From the NCBI GenBank assembly GCA_963719425.1, contig OY970382.1, forward strand, positions 244,862-308,861: a stretch of 64,000 bases of DNA. The letters are read 5' to 3'. The DNA comes from an uncultured bacterium. GTDB taxonomy: Bacteria; Patescibacteriota; Minisyncoccia; UBA6257; 2-01-FULL-56-20. The position numbers and the translations under genes were made by a program. Shown here in pieces: positions 46,504 through 56,806 of the stretch. The notes below the pieces were generated by a model, which did no database searches, was not told where the DNA came from, and saw nothing but the letters and a program-made list of their open reading frames with translations. Positions within the stretch are counted from its first letter, which is position 1, and each line of letters starts with the position of its first letter.

Positions 46504-47424
46504 CTAAAGCACGGAGCGGAGAAGCGCCATCCGGACGTAGACGCCGTTCTTGGTCTGCCGGAAGTATGCCGCCCGCACATCGTCATCCACTTCCTTTGCG
46601 ATCTCGTGCACGCGGGGCAGGGGATGCATGATAATGGCTTCTTTCTTCAACATCGCAAGCACTGCACTGTCTATAGTGTAGGAATCCTTCACCTTGTTAT
46701 ATTCCGCTTCCGATTGGAATCGTTCTTTTTGAACCCGCGTGACGGATAGCACGTCGGTTTTTCCCGCAATTGTTTTGATGTCGGGGGATTCCTCAATGGG
46801 GATATTATGTTGCGCGAGGTATGCGGTGTATTCCTCGGGAAGCCGCAACTGCGCGGGCGTGACGCAGTGCACACGCACGTTGCGGAAAAGCGGCAGAAGA
46901 TACACCGTGGAGTGAACGGTGCGGCTGTAGCGCAGATCACCGACGAACGTGATTACCAAGTCATCTATTCTCCCCAGCTCTTTTTGTATCGTGTAGAGAT
47001 CCAGAAGTGCCTGCGTGGGGTGCTCTTTGCTGCCATCGCCTGCGTTGATGACGGGTACGGGCGAGGTGGACGCCATTCGCTCTGCGGCGCCCTCCTCCGG
47101 ATGACGAACAATGATCGCGTTTGCATAGCCTCCGACCACGCGCGCCGTATCCTCCAGGGTCTCGCCTTTCTTCGCGGAAGAGAATTCCTCGGCGCTTTCG
47201 GCAGAAATAACGTGGCCCCCGAGTTTGTACATTGCGGTTTCAAATGAAAATCGCGTGCGCGTGCTCGGTTCATAGAAAATAGTGGCCGCGATCTTGTCGC
47301 GGCATTCTACCGATGAAGGTTTTCCTTCTTGGTCTTTTTTTTCCATCTCGCCGGCGGTTCGGAAGAGTTCTTCAAGGAGTGATCGGTCCAGAAATTGTTT
47401 TGCGCTTAAAATGTGTTTCATCAA
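46504..47424 (-). CDS. pyrB: aspartate carbamoyltransferase catalytic subunit
   Basis: STRTRFSFE carbamoyl-phosphate binding motif and HPLPR motif, about 306 aa. Confidence 0.9.
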   Translation of the reverse strand: MMKHILSAKQFLDRSLLEELFRTAGEMEKKDQEGKPSSVECRDKIAATIFYEPSTRTRFSFETAMYKLGGHVISAESAEEFSSAKKGETLEDTARVVGGYANAIIVRHPEEGAAERMASTSPVPVINAGDGSKEHPTQALLDLYTIQKELGRIDDLVITFVGDLRYSRTVHSTVYLLPLFRNVRVHCVTPAQLRLPEEYTAYLAQHNIPIEESPDIKTIAGKTDVLSVTRVQKERFQSEAEYNKVKDSYTIDSAVLAMLKKEAIIMHPLPRVHEIAKEVDDDVRAAYFRQTKNGVYVRMALLRSVL

Positions 47425-48671
47425 GAATTATTATACACCTTTCCTCCGACAATGGTGTGCGTGACGCTTCCGGGGAATCTCACGCCTTCAAATGGCGACC
47501 AGCCGCACTTTGTTTTTAATTCGTCGGCCCGAACTATTGTCGGACAGTTAAGGTTTATGATGGTGAACGAACCGTAGTATCCCTCTTCGATCACGCAGAA
47601 GCCTTTCCCGTATTTTGGGGGAAGATAGGGATTTACGAAATTGCCCGGATTGAATGCGGAAACGCGTGCGACCTCGCTTGGAGTGAATTTGTGTTCTCGC
47701 ATCAGCCACGTTGCGAACGGCCCGTACGTATCAAGATGCGGCATTCCCGAAGTGCCTTTCAATTTTTCTTCTCTTGTATGCGGCGCGTGGTCGGTTGCGA
47801 GATAATCAATGTCTCCCGTGCGGAGAAGCGCAATGAGCTCCTTTCGCTCTGCGGGATTTGTGCGCAGTGCCGGATTTACCTGGAGCCAACGCCGCTTTTC
47901 GTCGCTCACCGAGGCAGCATCAAAATAGAGGTGGTGCGGCGCGATCTCAATCGTGACCGGGACGCCGCGCTTCTTCGCCTCAATAATTTTTCGCACGGCA
48001 GACAGCGTGGAGGCGTGGCATATTTTTCCTTTAAGATCATATTTATGGATGAGCGTAAGCGCGAAGTCAACGGCGATGGTCTCTGTTTCGGGCGGGCGGC
48101 GCAGTTCGTGCGTAGGTTCGTGCTCATGCGCCTTGAGCGTTACCGGATCTTCGCAATGGAAGCTTACGTTTTGGCCGCGGTAGCTTTTGATGACCGATTC
48201 CAGTTCTTCCTGCGAGGTAAAGAAGAGATCTCCGACTGACGGTCCCATAAATACCTTGTAGGGAACAGGGAATGAGAGTGGTTTCGTTTTCGGCCCGATG
48301 CCGCCATAGAGGACGACGGGGACGAGCGACTGTTTGGTAAGCTTCTCCTTTTCCCAATAGCGTTCGTCAGTGACAGGCGCCACGGGATTGTTCGGCATTT
48401 CAGCGAAAAACGTGACCCCGCCGTGAACTGCCGCCTCCGAGGCCGTCCGGAAGGTTTCTTTATACGATTGCGTGCCGCCTGCGTCCTCGCGTGCGTGGAC
48501 ATGGATATCGCCGAAACCGGGAAAAATGAGGCAGCCGGCGGTATCAATATCGGATGATCCCTGCGCGCGGCCCACGCGCCCAATCAGTCCCGTTTCCCGG
48601 TTCACTTCCACCCGCCCGTCAAATTCCCTGTCGTGGTTGGCAAATTTTCCTTCCAGAATAAGCGTGCTCAT
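47421..48671 (-). CDS. pyrC: dihydroorotase (amidohydrolase superfamily)
   Basis: DIHVHAREDAGG metal-binding motif plus pyr-operon context. Overlaps pyrB by 4 nt. Confidence 0.8.
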   Translation of the reverse strand: MSTLILEGKFANHDREFDGRVEVNRETGLIGRVGRAQGSSDIDTAGCLIFPGFGDIHVHAREDAGGTQSYKETFRTASEAAVHGGVTFFAEMPNNPVAPVTDERYWEKEKLTKQSLVPVVLYGGIGPKTKPLSFPVPYKVFMGPSVGDLFFTSQEELESVIKSYRGQNVSFHCEDPVTLKAHEHEPTHELRRPPETETIAVDFALTLIHKYDLKGKICHASTLSAVRKIIEAKKRGVPVTIEIAPHHLYFDAASVSDEKRRWLQVNPALRTNPAERKELIALLRTGDIDYLATDHAPHTREEKLKGTSGMPHLDTYGPFATWLMREHKFTPSEVARVSAFNPGNFVNPYLPPKYGKGFCVIEEGYYGSFTIINLNCPTIVRADELKTKCGWSPFEGVRFPGSVTHTIVGGKVYNNS

Positions 48672-49753
48672 TTGTTTTTTGTGCCGATTACTTCTTCTAT
48701 AGAAGAGAAACCGTCCCGTTCAAGAAGTCTTATCAATCCCATTTTTATTTTCTTTACGAGCCCCGGTCCTTCATACACAAGACCGGTATAGATTTCAACC
48801 AGCGAAGCTCCCGCCTGTATTTTCTCATATGCGTCCTCCGCGGAAAAGATGCCGCCGGCGCCCACGAGCGGAATGGCCCCGTGCGATCTTTTATAAAGGT
48901 AGCGGATGACTTCGCTGGAACGTTCCCGGAGCGGTCGCCCGCTTAATCCACCGGCGCCCATAGCGGCTACTTTCGCTTCGGGTGTTCCGAGATTCAGGCG
49001 GGCAATCGTCGTATTCGTCGCGACGATGCCGCTCGCGCCGGTTTCGCGGACGATATCCACAATGTCGTTGAGTTGCCCTTCGGTGAGGTCCGGCGCGATC
49101 TTCAACAAGATCGGTTTCGGGTCTTTTAGCGCACGATCGAGCTTCTGTAGCGCCCTTAAGAGCTTTGTGAGCGCATCTTTTTCCTGAAGTTCGCGGAGTC
49201 CCGGGGTATTGGGAGAACTCACATTCACGACCATATAATCGGCGAGGGGAGAGAGCGTGCGGAAACATGTCATGTAGTCATCCACCGCGTTTTCGTTTGG
49301 TGTGACCTTGTTCTTGCCGATGTTAATGCCGAGTACGCAGTCCCGCTTTCCCGCGTGCGCCATAAGATTATTTCTTGCCGCTTCTGCGCCGTGCCCGTTG
49401 AATCCCATCCGATTGATGATCGCTCCGTCTTTGGGAAGCCGGAAGAGGCGCGGCTTGGGGTTGCCCGGTTGGGGCCGCGGCGTGATAGTGCCCACTTCCA
49501 CGAATCCGAAGCCGAGCGCGGAGAGGATAGGGGTGATCTCTGCATTCTTATCAAACCCTGCCGCGAGGCCGACCGGGTTCTTGAACGAAAGGCCGAAGGC
49601 ATTCACGCGGAGCCGCTCGTCCTCAAACGCATAGAGCGACTTCACCATTCCGCGGAAAGGGGAATGCCCGAGACCCCTTCCAAGCGTGTGGGTTCTCTCG
49701 TGCGCCACCTCGGCGTCCGGCAGGAAAAGGAACGGCCTTATGAGCTTATACAT
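48668..49753 (-). CDS. pyrD: dihydroorotate dehydrogenase, class 2 (quinone) type
   Basis: N-terminal membrane-association extension, FGLSFKNPVGLAAGFDKN ... GIVATNTT motifs. Confidence 0.85.
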   Translation of the reverse strand: MYKLIRPFLFLPDAEVAHERTHTLGRGLGHSPFRGMVKSLYAFEDERLRVNAFGLSFKNPVGLAAGFDKNAEITPILSALGFGFVEVGTITPRPQPGNPKPRLFRLPKDGAIINRMGFNGHGAEAARNNLMAHAGKRDCVLGINIGKNKVTPNENAVDDYMTCFRTLSPLADYMVVNVSSPNTPGLRELQEKDALTKLLRALQKLDRALKDPKPILLKIAPDLTEGQLNDIVDIVRETGASGIVATNTTIARLNLGTPEAKVAAMGAGGLSGRPLRERSSEVIRYLYKRSHGAIPLVGAGGIFSAEDAYEKIQAGASLVEIYTGLVYEGPGLVKKIKMGLIRLLERDGFSSIEEVIGTKNK

Positions 49754-49756
49754 AGA

Positions 49757-50554
49757 TTACCGGAACGCATTTATCGCATCTTTCAGTCGCCGGGTTTCAT
49801 GAGCCGGGTCTTTTGCAAAGATGATGCCGCGGGAGGAGTTCACGATCATTCCCTTTTTCTCGGCGTTCAGGCCCGCTTGCACCATCTTTTTAACATCGCC
49901 GCCTTGTATACCAACGCCGGGCACAAGGAAGGTCATATCGCCCGTGAGTTTTCTAAGCATCGCCATTTCTTCCGGATAGGTAGCGCCTACGACGAGCAGG
50001 CAATTCCCGTTCTCATTCCATTCGTCCCGCACCTTTTCCGCGATGATCTGCCAGAGCGGCTTCCCGTCAGTTTTGAGATCTTGCACCTCGCGCGCGCCGG
50101 GGTTAGAAGTGCGGCAGAGGATGATACATCCTTTGTCCTTTCGCGCGAGAAATGGCGTGAGCGGTTCTTTTCCGAGATAGGGAGAGACCGTAACGGCATC
50201 AAAGCCGAACCAGTCAAAGAGTTCCTTTGCGTACTGTTCGTTGGTGTTTGCGGTATCTCCGCGTTTGGCGTCGCAGATGGTGACGATACCAGGATGATTT
50301 TTTTGGATGTATTCCACGGTGAGTTTCAGTTCGTGCATGCCCTTGTCGCCTCGGGATTCATAAAAGGCGATGTTCGGCTTGTAGGCGGCGACGTCCTCGT
50401 GGGTGAGGTCAACAATATGTTTATTGAACGCGAACTGCGGGAATTTTTCCTTGCGGAAGGAGGCGGGGATCTGCTCAAAATCGGAATCCAACCCGGCGCA
50501 GACGAGCGATTGTGCCGCATCCGCGCGAAGGTTGTACTTTTGGACCATATTCAT
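49757..50554 (-). CDS. pyrF: orotidine 5'-phosphate decarboxylase
   Basis: LVCAGLDSD ... ICDAKRGDTANT catalytic Lys region, long (type 2-like) form. Confidence 0.85.
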   Translation of the reverse strand: MNMVQKYNLRADAAQSLVCAGLDSDFEQIPASFRKEKFPQFAFNKHIVDLTHEDVAAYKPNIAFYESRGDKGMHELKLTVEYIQKNHPGIVTICDAKRGDTANTNEQYAKELFDWFGFDAVTVSPYLGKEPLTPFLARKDKGCIILCRTSNPGAREVQDLKTDGKPLWQIIAEKVRDEWNENGNCLLVVGATYPEEMAMLRKLTGDMTFLVPGVGIQGGDVKKMVQAGLNAEKKGMIVNSSRGIIFAKDPAHETRRLKDAINAFR

Positions 50555-50566
50555 GGAGTCGCGCGG

Positions 50567-51292
50567 TTAAAATTTCAGCGGTTGCTCGCCGTATTTTGCA
50601 AATGCATTTTCCAATTCCTTTTTTATGAACTCGCTCGGCTGGAGTTTGTGAAGCAGCTTGGGCAAAAACGCTTTTGCGTCCGTAAGGGCGTAATAGGGAA
50701 TATTTTTTTCTTTGAGCGCCTGGGCAACCGTGGTGCCGTCGTCGCGCTTTTCGTTGCGGTGGGTAAGTGCGATGGCAGCAATGATATTTACTTTTGCCTC
50801 AAGCAGCGCGTCCGCGGTGGTGAGTAGCGAGCCGCCGGTGGTGACGGCATCCTCCAAAACAACGGTTTTTCCGGAGGGGATACCAACAAAGTGCCGATCT
50901 TTGACCTCGCCGTGGTCCTTCGGCTTGCCGCGGCCCATTGCAAGTGGATACGACCGGGTTGTGTAATCCGGTTGCCGCTTCGCCCATTTGTATTGCGCGA
51001 GGATCCCGAGTTTCGTCGCGCCCTCCGGCACTCCATAAAAACAATCCGGCGAGAGCCCCAAATCTTCCACGAATGCAATCACGAAGTCAGTAAGTTCGTC
51101 CATGGCATGTACATCGCCTGCGACCGTCCGCCAGTTTGCATACCACGGAGAGAGCCGCCCCGATACCAATTTGATCGGCGTTTCGTAAAACCCAGCCACG
51201 TTATGATCCAGCATAAACGCCTCAAACGCTTGTTGGTCGAAGTTGCGTCCACGGTCCATTGAACTAAGTATACAAAACTGGCGTAATTGCAA
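50567..51292 (-). CDS. pyrE: orotate phosphoribosyltransferase
   Basis: PRPP-binding VVLEDAVTTGGS motif of type I PRTases. Confidence 0.85.
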   Translation of the reverse strand: MQLRQFCILSSMDRGRNFDQQAFEAFMLDHNVAGFYETPIKLVSGRLSPWYANWRTVAGDVHAMDELTDFVIAFVEDLGLSPDCFYGVPEGATKLGILAQYKWAKRQPDYTTRSYPLAMGRGKPKDHGEVKDRHFVGIPSGKTVVLEDAVTTGGSLLTTADALLEAKVNIIAAIALTHRNEKRDDGTTVAQALKEKNIPYYALTDAKAFLPKLLHKLQPSEFIKKELENAFAKYGEQPLKF

Positions 51293-51333
51293 AAAGTTAG
51301 CACCAGGTGTAGTTTGCTTGCAGGGGGTGCGCT

Positions 51334-51504
51334 ATGACAAGAGAAGAACGGAAAAAAGAGCAGCAAGTTGAGGCAAGGTTGCGGGAGCAACGCAGGGTAA
51401 TGGAAGCATATTCTCAAGCAGTGGCCAATGAGGATTTCGCGAAAGCCAAAGAACTTGTTACGAAAGGTCTTGGGATGGGAATTTCACTGGGGCGTCTCCG
51501 ATGA
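51334..51504 (+). CDS. possible small ORF (56 aa, Lys/Glu-rich helical) in the carB-pyrE gap
   Basis: ATG at 51334 is preceded by GGGGGTG 5 nt upstream. Below the ORF-track cutoff and on the opposite strand to the pyr genes. Confidence 0.2.
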   Translation: MTREERKKEQQVEARLREQRRVMEAYSQAVANEDFAKAKELVTKGLGMGISLGRLR

Positions 51505-51651
51505 GATTTCAAGACTTTTACCTCGCTTGGAGTGCTCCCGAGTGGAAGGGCGGGCAATGGATATTTTCTCCACCTGCACCGCCCTCCAAACCTGAATCCA
51601 CAAACGCGTTGCGGATTGAGGTTTGGAAAGGATCGCACGGAGAAATTTGCC

Positions 51652-54600
51652 CTAATTCTTTTTCTGTTTTCTCCTCCCAAGATATTCCTGCCAAGAGCGG
51701 ATCGCGATGTCGCGGAGGCCATAGGTCACGCGGGCGCGGACGAAAGCCCGCGCGAGCTGAAGATCGGTGAAGAGAGGGATGTTCGTGTCCACGGCGGCAC
51801 GGCGGATGAGATAGCCGTCGGTCCGCCGCGCGCGCGATTCCTTTGAGTGGTTCATGTGGTTCTCGTGATTGCTCACGTTCACTACGAACGCGATCTTTTT
51901 CTTTCGGATGAGCTCAAGCACGTTTGGATTTCTTCCTTCGCTTACTTTATATATCCGCGTTGCGCGGATGCCGCGGTTATTAAGGAACTCGGCGGTGCCC
52001 TGGGTGGCGTACAGCGTGAAACCGTTCGCGGCGAGCGCCTGTGCCGATTCTAGAAATTCCCGCTTGTTGGTAGACCCACCAAGTGAGATGAATGCACCTT
52101 TTCCTTCGCTTAATGGCATGCTTGCCGCAACGGAGGTGAGCAATGCCTCTTCAAAATCGCGGCCGAAGCAGGCGACCTCTCCGGTGGAGGCCATTTCCAC
52201 GTGGAGCACCGGATCGGAACCGGGGAGCCGGCCGAAGGAGAATTGCGGCGACTTTACAACGGCGTATTCGGGATAGTGGAGCGCAACGGCGCGCGCGTGA
52301 CCGTAGAACGCGTCCACGATCATGTCGGCGAAATTTACGCCGCTCGCCTTGCTGATAAAGGGGAATGTGCGGGACGCCCGCGCATTAAGCTCTATCACAT
52401 ATACCTTATTATCCTTCACGAGGCATTGCAGGTTGAAGGGGCCGGTGATGCGGAGCGCGCGGGCGAGTTTCACAGCGACGGTTTGGATCTCGTTCGCGGT
52501 TTTTGCGTACACCTTCTGCGGCGGATAGACGATGGTGGCGTCGCCGGAGTGCACGCCGGCGTTTTCAATATGCTCGGCGATTGCGGAAACTTTGACGGTC
52601 CCGTTCTGCGCAACCGCGTCAAACTCTATTTCCTTGGCGCCGCGGATGAACTTGGAGATTGTTACCGGGTGCTCGCGGTTCAGAAGGATCGCACGCTTCA
52701 CGAATTCCTTGAGTTCCGCCGCATCGGTGCACACGCGCATAGCGCTTCCCGAGAGCACATACGAGGGTCGGACAAGCACAGGATAATCGACTTTCTCGGC
52801 GAAGTGCGCAGCGGCTTTTACGGTGGTGAAGGTATCCCACTCCGGCTGGGCGATGCGAAGCGAATCAAGCAGTGCGGAGAATTTGCTGCGATCTTCGGCG
52901 CGATCAATGTTCTGGGGGTCGGTGCCCATGATCGGTACGCTGAGTGCGGATAATTTCTGGACGATGTTGTTCGGCGCCTGACCGCCGACCGATACTACAA
53001 TCCCCGACGCACGTTCAAATTCATAAATGTCCGCCACCGATTCCAAACTGACGTTTTCAAAATAGAGACGGTCGGAAATGTCGTAATCGGTGGAAACCGT
53101 TTCGGGATTGCAGTTCACGATCACGGCCTGCTTGCCATGCTTTTTGAGTGCAAGGGCGGTGTGTACCGCCGACCAGTCAAATTCAACGGAAGAGCCAATG
53201 TGATAGGGCCCCGAGCCAAGCACCATGACGCTCTTTTTGCCGAGCGGGACGACGTCATTATGGGAACCGTTGTACGTGAGGTAAAGATAATTCGTCCGCG
53301 CGGGAACCTCGCCCGCGAGCGTGTCAATCTGGAACACCGACGGCACGACGCGGAATTGTTTTCTCAGAGCGCGGATTTCCATTTCTGCGGCTCCGCGAAG
53401 GTGGCCGATGTGCGCGTCGGAAAAGCCGAACTGCTTCGCGCGGAGGAGTTTGTCCTTCGTGAGCCCTCCGCTTTTTGTTTCTTTTTCCGTCCGGACGATG
53501 TTCTGAATGCGGTAGAGAAACCAGGGATCAATGCCCGTCAGTTTGTAAATGGTTTTCGGCGAGATCCCGGCGCGAAGTCCCGCTGCGATTGCAAAGAGCC
53601 GGTGGGGAGTAGGGATCTTGAGGCGCCGTACGATGGGAACCTCCGCTTCACCCGGCACTTCGTCCGTCACGCCCTGGAGATGGAGGTGGAGCATACGGAC
53701 TGCTTTCTGAATGGCTTCCTCAAATGTCCGCCCGATCGCCATCACTTCACCCACCGATTTCATTGCGCTCGTGATGGTTTCCTCGGCGCGCGCGAACTTG
53801 CTGATGTCCCAGCGGGGGATTTTCACGACCACATAGTCCAGCGCAGGCTCAAAGAACGATTGCGTCACTTTTGTGATCTGGTTCGGCACGTCGTGGAGGG
53901 CGTGGCCCAGGGCGAGCTTCGCCGCAACGTAGGCAAGAGGATAACCGGTTGCCTTTGAAGCGAGCGCGGAAGACCGCGAGAGCCGCGCATTTACTTCAAT
54001 CACATAGTAATCGAGCGCGCCGTTCTTTGGCTTCGGGTTCAGCGCGAACTGTACGTTGCACTCGCCGATGATCCCCAAACTTTTCACGATCTTGATTGAT
54101 GCCGCACGCAACTCGTGATATTCGGTATTTGTGAGCGTTTGACTCGGCGCGATAACGATGGAATCGCCAGTATGAATGCCCAAGGGATCCATGTTTTCCA
54201 TGTTGCAGACCGTGACGCAGTTGTCGTACCTATCCCGCACCACTTCGTATTCAATTTCTTTGTAATGATGCAGATATTTTTCAATGAGCACTTGCGGCGA
54301 GAGGGCGAGCGCTCCCGAAACGATGGTGCGGAGTTCTTGGCTGTTTTTTGCGACGCCGGATTTCTGCCCGCCGAGTGCGAAGGCTGCGCGTACCATGACG
54401 GGGAAGCCAACGGTTTTCGCAATGTTTTCCGCTTCGCGGACGCTCACCGCCGCTCCGGACGGCGGCACAGGAAGGCCGATTTTTTTTAGATGGTGAGCAA
54501 ATTTCTCGCGGTCTTCCGTAAGGATGATGCTTTTGAGCGGCGAACCCAGCACCTCAATGCCGTATTTTTTGAGGATGCCGCGCTCGCCAAGACGCACACC

Positions 54601-54891
54601 GCAATTCAGGGCCGTCTGCCCGCCGAATGCGAGCGCGATGCCCTGAGGGCGCTCTTTCTTGATTATTTTTTCCACGAAATAATCCGTGACCGGCAGGAAA
54701 TATATTTTGTCGGCAAGGAGGGGCGAGGTCTGGATCGTCGCGATGTTCGGGTTCACGAGCATCGTCACAAGCCCCGCTTCCTTGAACGCCTTCATCGCCT
54801 GCGAGCCGGAGTAGTCGAATTCACCCGCTTCGCCGATCTTGAGCGCGCCCGAGCCGAGCACCAGAACTTTTTTGATTTTCTTTGGCGGCAT
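51652..54891 (-). CDS. carB: carbamoyl-phosphate synthase large subunit
   Basis: 1,079 aa, duplicated ATP-grasp halves, MGS-like C-terminal domain. The N-terminus MPPKKIKKVLVLGSGALKIGEAGEFDYSG is canonical CarB. Confidence 0.95.
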   Translation of the reverse strand: MPPKKIKKVLVLGSGALKIGEAGEFDYSGSQAMKAFKEAGLVTMLVNPNIATIQTSPLLADKIYFLPVTDYFVEKIIKKERPQGIALAFGGQTALNCGVRLGERGILKKYGIEVLGSPLKSIILTEDREKFAHHLKKIGLPVPPSGAAVSVREAENIAKTVGFPVMVRAAFALGGQKSGVAKNSQELRTIVSGALALSPQVLIEKYLHHYKEIEYEVVRDRYDNCVTVCNMENMDPLGIHTGDSIVIAPSQTLTNTEYHELRAASIKIVKSLGIIGECNVQFALNPKPKNGALDYYVIEVNARLSRSSALASKATGYPLAYVAAKLALGHALHDVPNQITKVTQSFFEPALDYVVVKIPRWDISKFARAEETITSAMKSVGEVMAIGRTFEEAIQKAVRMLHLHLQGVTDEVPGEAEVPIVRRLKIPTPHRLFAIAAGLRAGISPKTIYKLTGIDPWFLYRIQNIVRTEKETKSGGLTKDKLLRAKQFGFSDAHIGHLRGAAEMEIRALRKQFRVVPSVFQIDTLAGEVPARTNYLYLTYNGSHNDVVPLGKKSVMVLGSGPYHIGSSVEFDWSAVHTALALKKHGKQAVIVNCNPETVSTDYDISDRLYFENVSLESVADIYEFERASGIVVSVGGQAPNNIVQKLSALSVPIMGTDPQNIDRAEDRSKFSALLDSLRIAQPEWDTFTTVKAAAHFAEKVDYPVLVRPSYVLSGSAMRVCTDAAELKEFVKRAILLNREHPVTISKFIRGAKEIEFDAVAQNGTVKVSAIAEHIENAGVHSGDATIVYPPQKVYAKTANEIQTVAVKLARALRITGPFNLQCLVKDNKVYVIELNARASRTFPFISKASGVNFADMIVDAFYGHARAVALHYPEYAVVKSPQFSFGRLPGSDPVLHVEMASTGEVACFGRDFEEALLTSVAASMPLSEGKGAFISLGGSTNKREFLESAQALAANGFTLYATQGTAEFLNNRGIRATRIYKVSEGRNPNVLELIRKKKIAFVVNVSNHENHMNHSKESRARRTDGYLIRRAAVDTNIPLFTDLQLARAFVRARVTYGLRDIAIRSWQEYLGRRKQKKN

Positions 54892-54896
54892 AGGCG

Positions 54897-56003
54897 TCAG
54901 TGGTGCGGGATGCGTTCTAGGAAGTAGTCAAAAATCCAGCCCGTATCAAGGGGCCCTGGACTCGCTTCCGGATGGAACTGTGTGGACATAAATGGCAAGC
55001 GCTCGTGGATCAGACCCTCGTTCGTGCCGTCGTTCGCATTCACAAACCAGGGACGGAAACCGCGCGGGATCCGTTTCACCGCAAAACCATGATTTTGGGT
55101 TGTGAGGTACGAGCGATTGGTACCTATGAGCCGGCAGGGTTGGTTCTGCCCGCGGTGGCCGAATTTAAGTTTATAGGTGGTACCGCCGGCCGCGAGCGCC
55201 AAAATTTGATTGCCGAGACAAATACCCAGCATCGGGACCTTTTGGAGAAGTGCCTCGCGGACGTTTGCGATAGTGGCGCGGGCCATCATGGGATCACCCG
55301 GGCCGTTTGAGATTACAATGGCGTCAAAGGCGGGGGCATCTTTTTTAAAGATCGGATAATTCCACGGCACAGTGAGAACCCGCGCGCCGCGTGCAAGCAA
55401 GTTGCGACGGATGTTTTCCTTCACACCGCAGTCAATGAGCGCGACCGTTCGGGTGCCCCTGCCTTCAGAGGTCACTCTCTTTATGGAAACCTCATTCACG
55501 AGGTTCCGCCGGTTTGGGTCGTCAAATGGAATATTTTTCCCACCGGTCAAAATCTTTCCGAGCATCGCGCCTTCCCCCCGTATCTTTTGCGCAAGCGCGC
55601 GGGTGTCTTTTATTTCAAGCGCGGGTACGCCTTCGCGCCGAAGCCATTCGCCCAGGGTCATCGTACTTGTGGGGTGCGATGGCGTGTCAACGTAATGCGA
55701 TACGATGACTCCTGCCACATGAATTCTTTTTGATTCCCAATGCGCTCTGTCTGGTACGCCGTAATTGCCAAGCAGGGGATAGGTGAAAATAAGGATCTGA
55801 CCCTCGTACGAAGGGTCAGTGAGCGATTCCGGATATCCGACCATGCCGGTCGTAAAAACGATTTCGCCGGCAACGGAGATTGGTTTGCCGAAACTTACCC
55901 CCTCAAAAACTACGCCGTCTTTAAAGACAAGTTCGCCGCGCTTCATATAAATGGGCATCCGCCCGTTCGTACGATTATAGCAAAGCGATGATGGTTCGCA
56001 CAA
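54897..56003 (-). CDS. carA: carbamoyl-phosphate synthase small subunit (glutamine amidotransferase)
   Basis: Class I GATase triad region (LGICLGNQILALAAGG ... H.E). The ORF track starts at TTG 56003; the true start is probably MKRGELVF at about 55946. Confidence 0.9.
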   Translation of the reverse strand: MCEPSSLCYNRTNGRMPIYMKRGELVFKDGVVFEGVSFGKPISVAGEIVFTTGMVGYPESLTDPSYEGQILIFTYPLLGNYGVPDRAHWESKRIHVAGVIVSHYVDTPSHPTSTMTLGEWLRREGVPALEIKDTRALAQKIRGEGAMLGKILTGGKNIPFDDPNRRNLVNEVSIKRVTSEGRGTRTVALIDCGVKENIRRNLLARGARVLTVPWNYPIFKKDAPAFDAIVISNGPGDPMMARATIANVREALLQKVPMLGICLGNQILALAAGGTTYKLKFGHRGQNQPCRLIGTNRSYLTTQNHGFAVKRIPRGFRPWFVNANDGTNEGLIHERLPFMSTQFHPEASPGPLDTGWIFDYFLERIPHH

Positions 56004-56062
56004 GGACGCCCGTTTGCTTTTCCTCGTTTTTCTGCTCTTTCTGGGTCTTGAGATAGCTCCCT

Positions 56063-56692
56063 TTATAGATCAATACCGTAACTCCTTAGATCTCTTTCTA
56101 ATCGTTGTTTGCTTGTAAAGAGGATTGTTTGAAAACCCATCTCTCTGGCTGGAACAAGCAGAGACTTCTTATTGTCTATAAAAAGGCAGTCCCCGGCTTT
56201 CGCATCCGCTCTTTCAATGAGAATTTCATAAATTCTCTTATCTGGTTTTGCATACCCGACATACCCAGATGTTATAAAATCTTTAAAAAATCTTTTTAAT
56301 CCAAACTTTCTTATTCTGATATTCATCCACTCTTTCCCTTCGTCGTTTAAGGCGTAGAGGGGTAAAACAGGATATTTTTTGTGTAACCTCTCAATAATCT
56401 CGAACGCATCTTTTTTAAGAATGCATCCATAATAAAGCTTCCTCAATTCTTTTAAAGAAATTCTTCTTTTGGCAACATTTATCAAACCTTGAAAAAACGC
56501 GTTTTCGCCTTCTTTACCAACCCTTATTCCAGGCCAGTATTTATGGAAAATTTCATTTCCTCTTTCCTTACTTATTCCCAGTCTTTTGGGAATAACATCG
56601 TACGACGGCTCTCCCCCTCTGCTATTCCAAGCGTTAGACAAAATTACGCCACCACAATCAAAAGCTATTGCTTTTACGGTCGGAAGACTCAT
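56063..56692 (-). CDS. HAD-superfamily hydrolase (subfamily IA-like)
   Basis: Motif I AIAFDCGGVIL, Lys/Asp motifs of HAD phosphatases. Confidence 0.75.
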   Translation of the reverse strand: MSLPTVKAIAFDCGGVILSNAWNSRGGEPSYDVIPKRLGISKERGNEIFHKYWPGIRVGKEGENAFFQGLINVAKRRISLKELRKLYYGCILKKDAFEIIERLHKKYPVLPLYALNDEGKEWMNIRIRKFGLKRFFKDFITSGYVGYAKPDKRIYEILIERADAKAGDCLFIDNKKSLLVPAREMGFQTILFTSKQRLERDLRSYGIDL

Positions 56693-56806
56693 TTTCTAAC
56701 TTTTTGCTTTTAATGATTTTTTATTTCGCAAACCTCCATAAAAATCGAGTCCTAGTATTGTTCTTTACAGAGAAACTTTTTTCTTCTATAAATTATACAC
56801 AACTCC

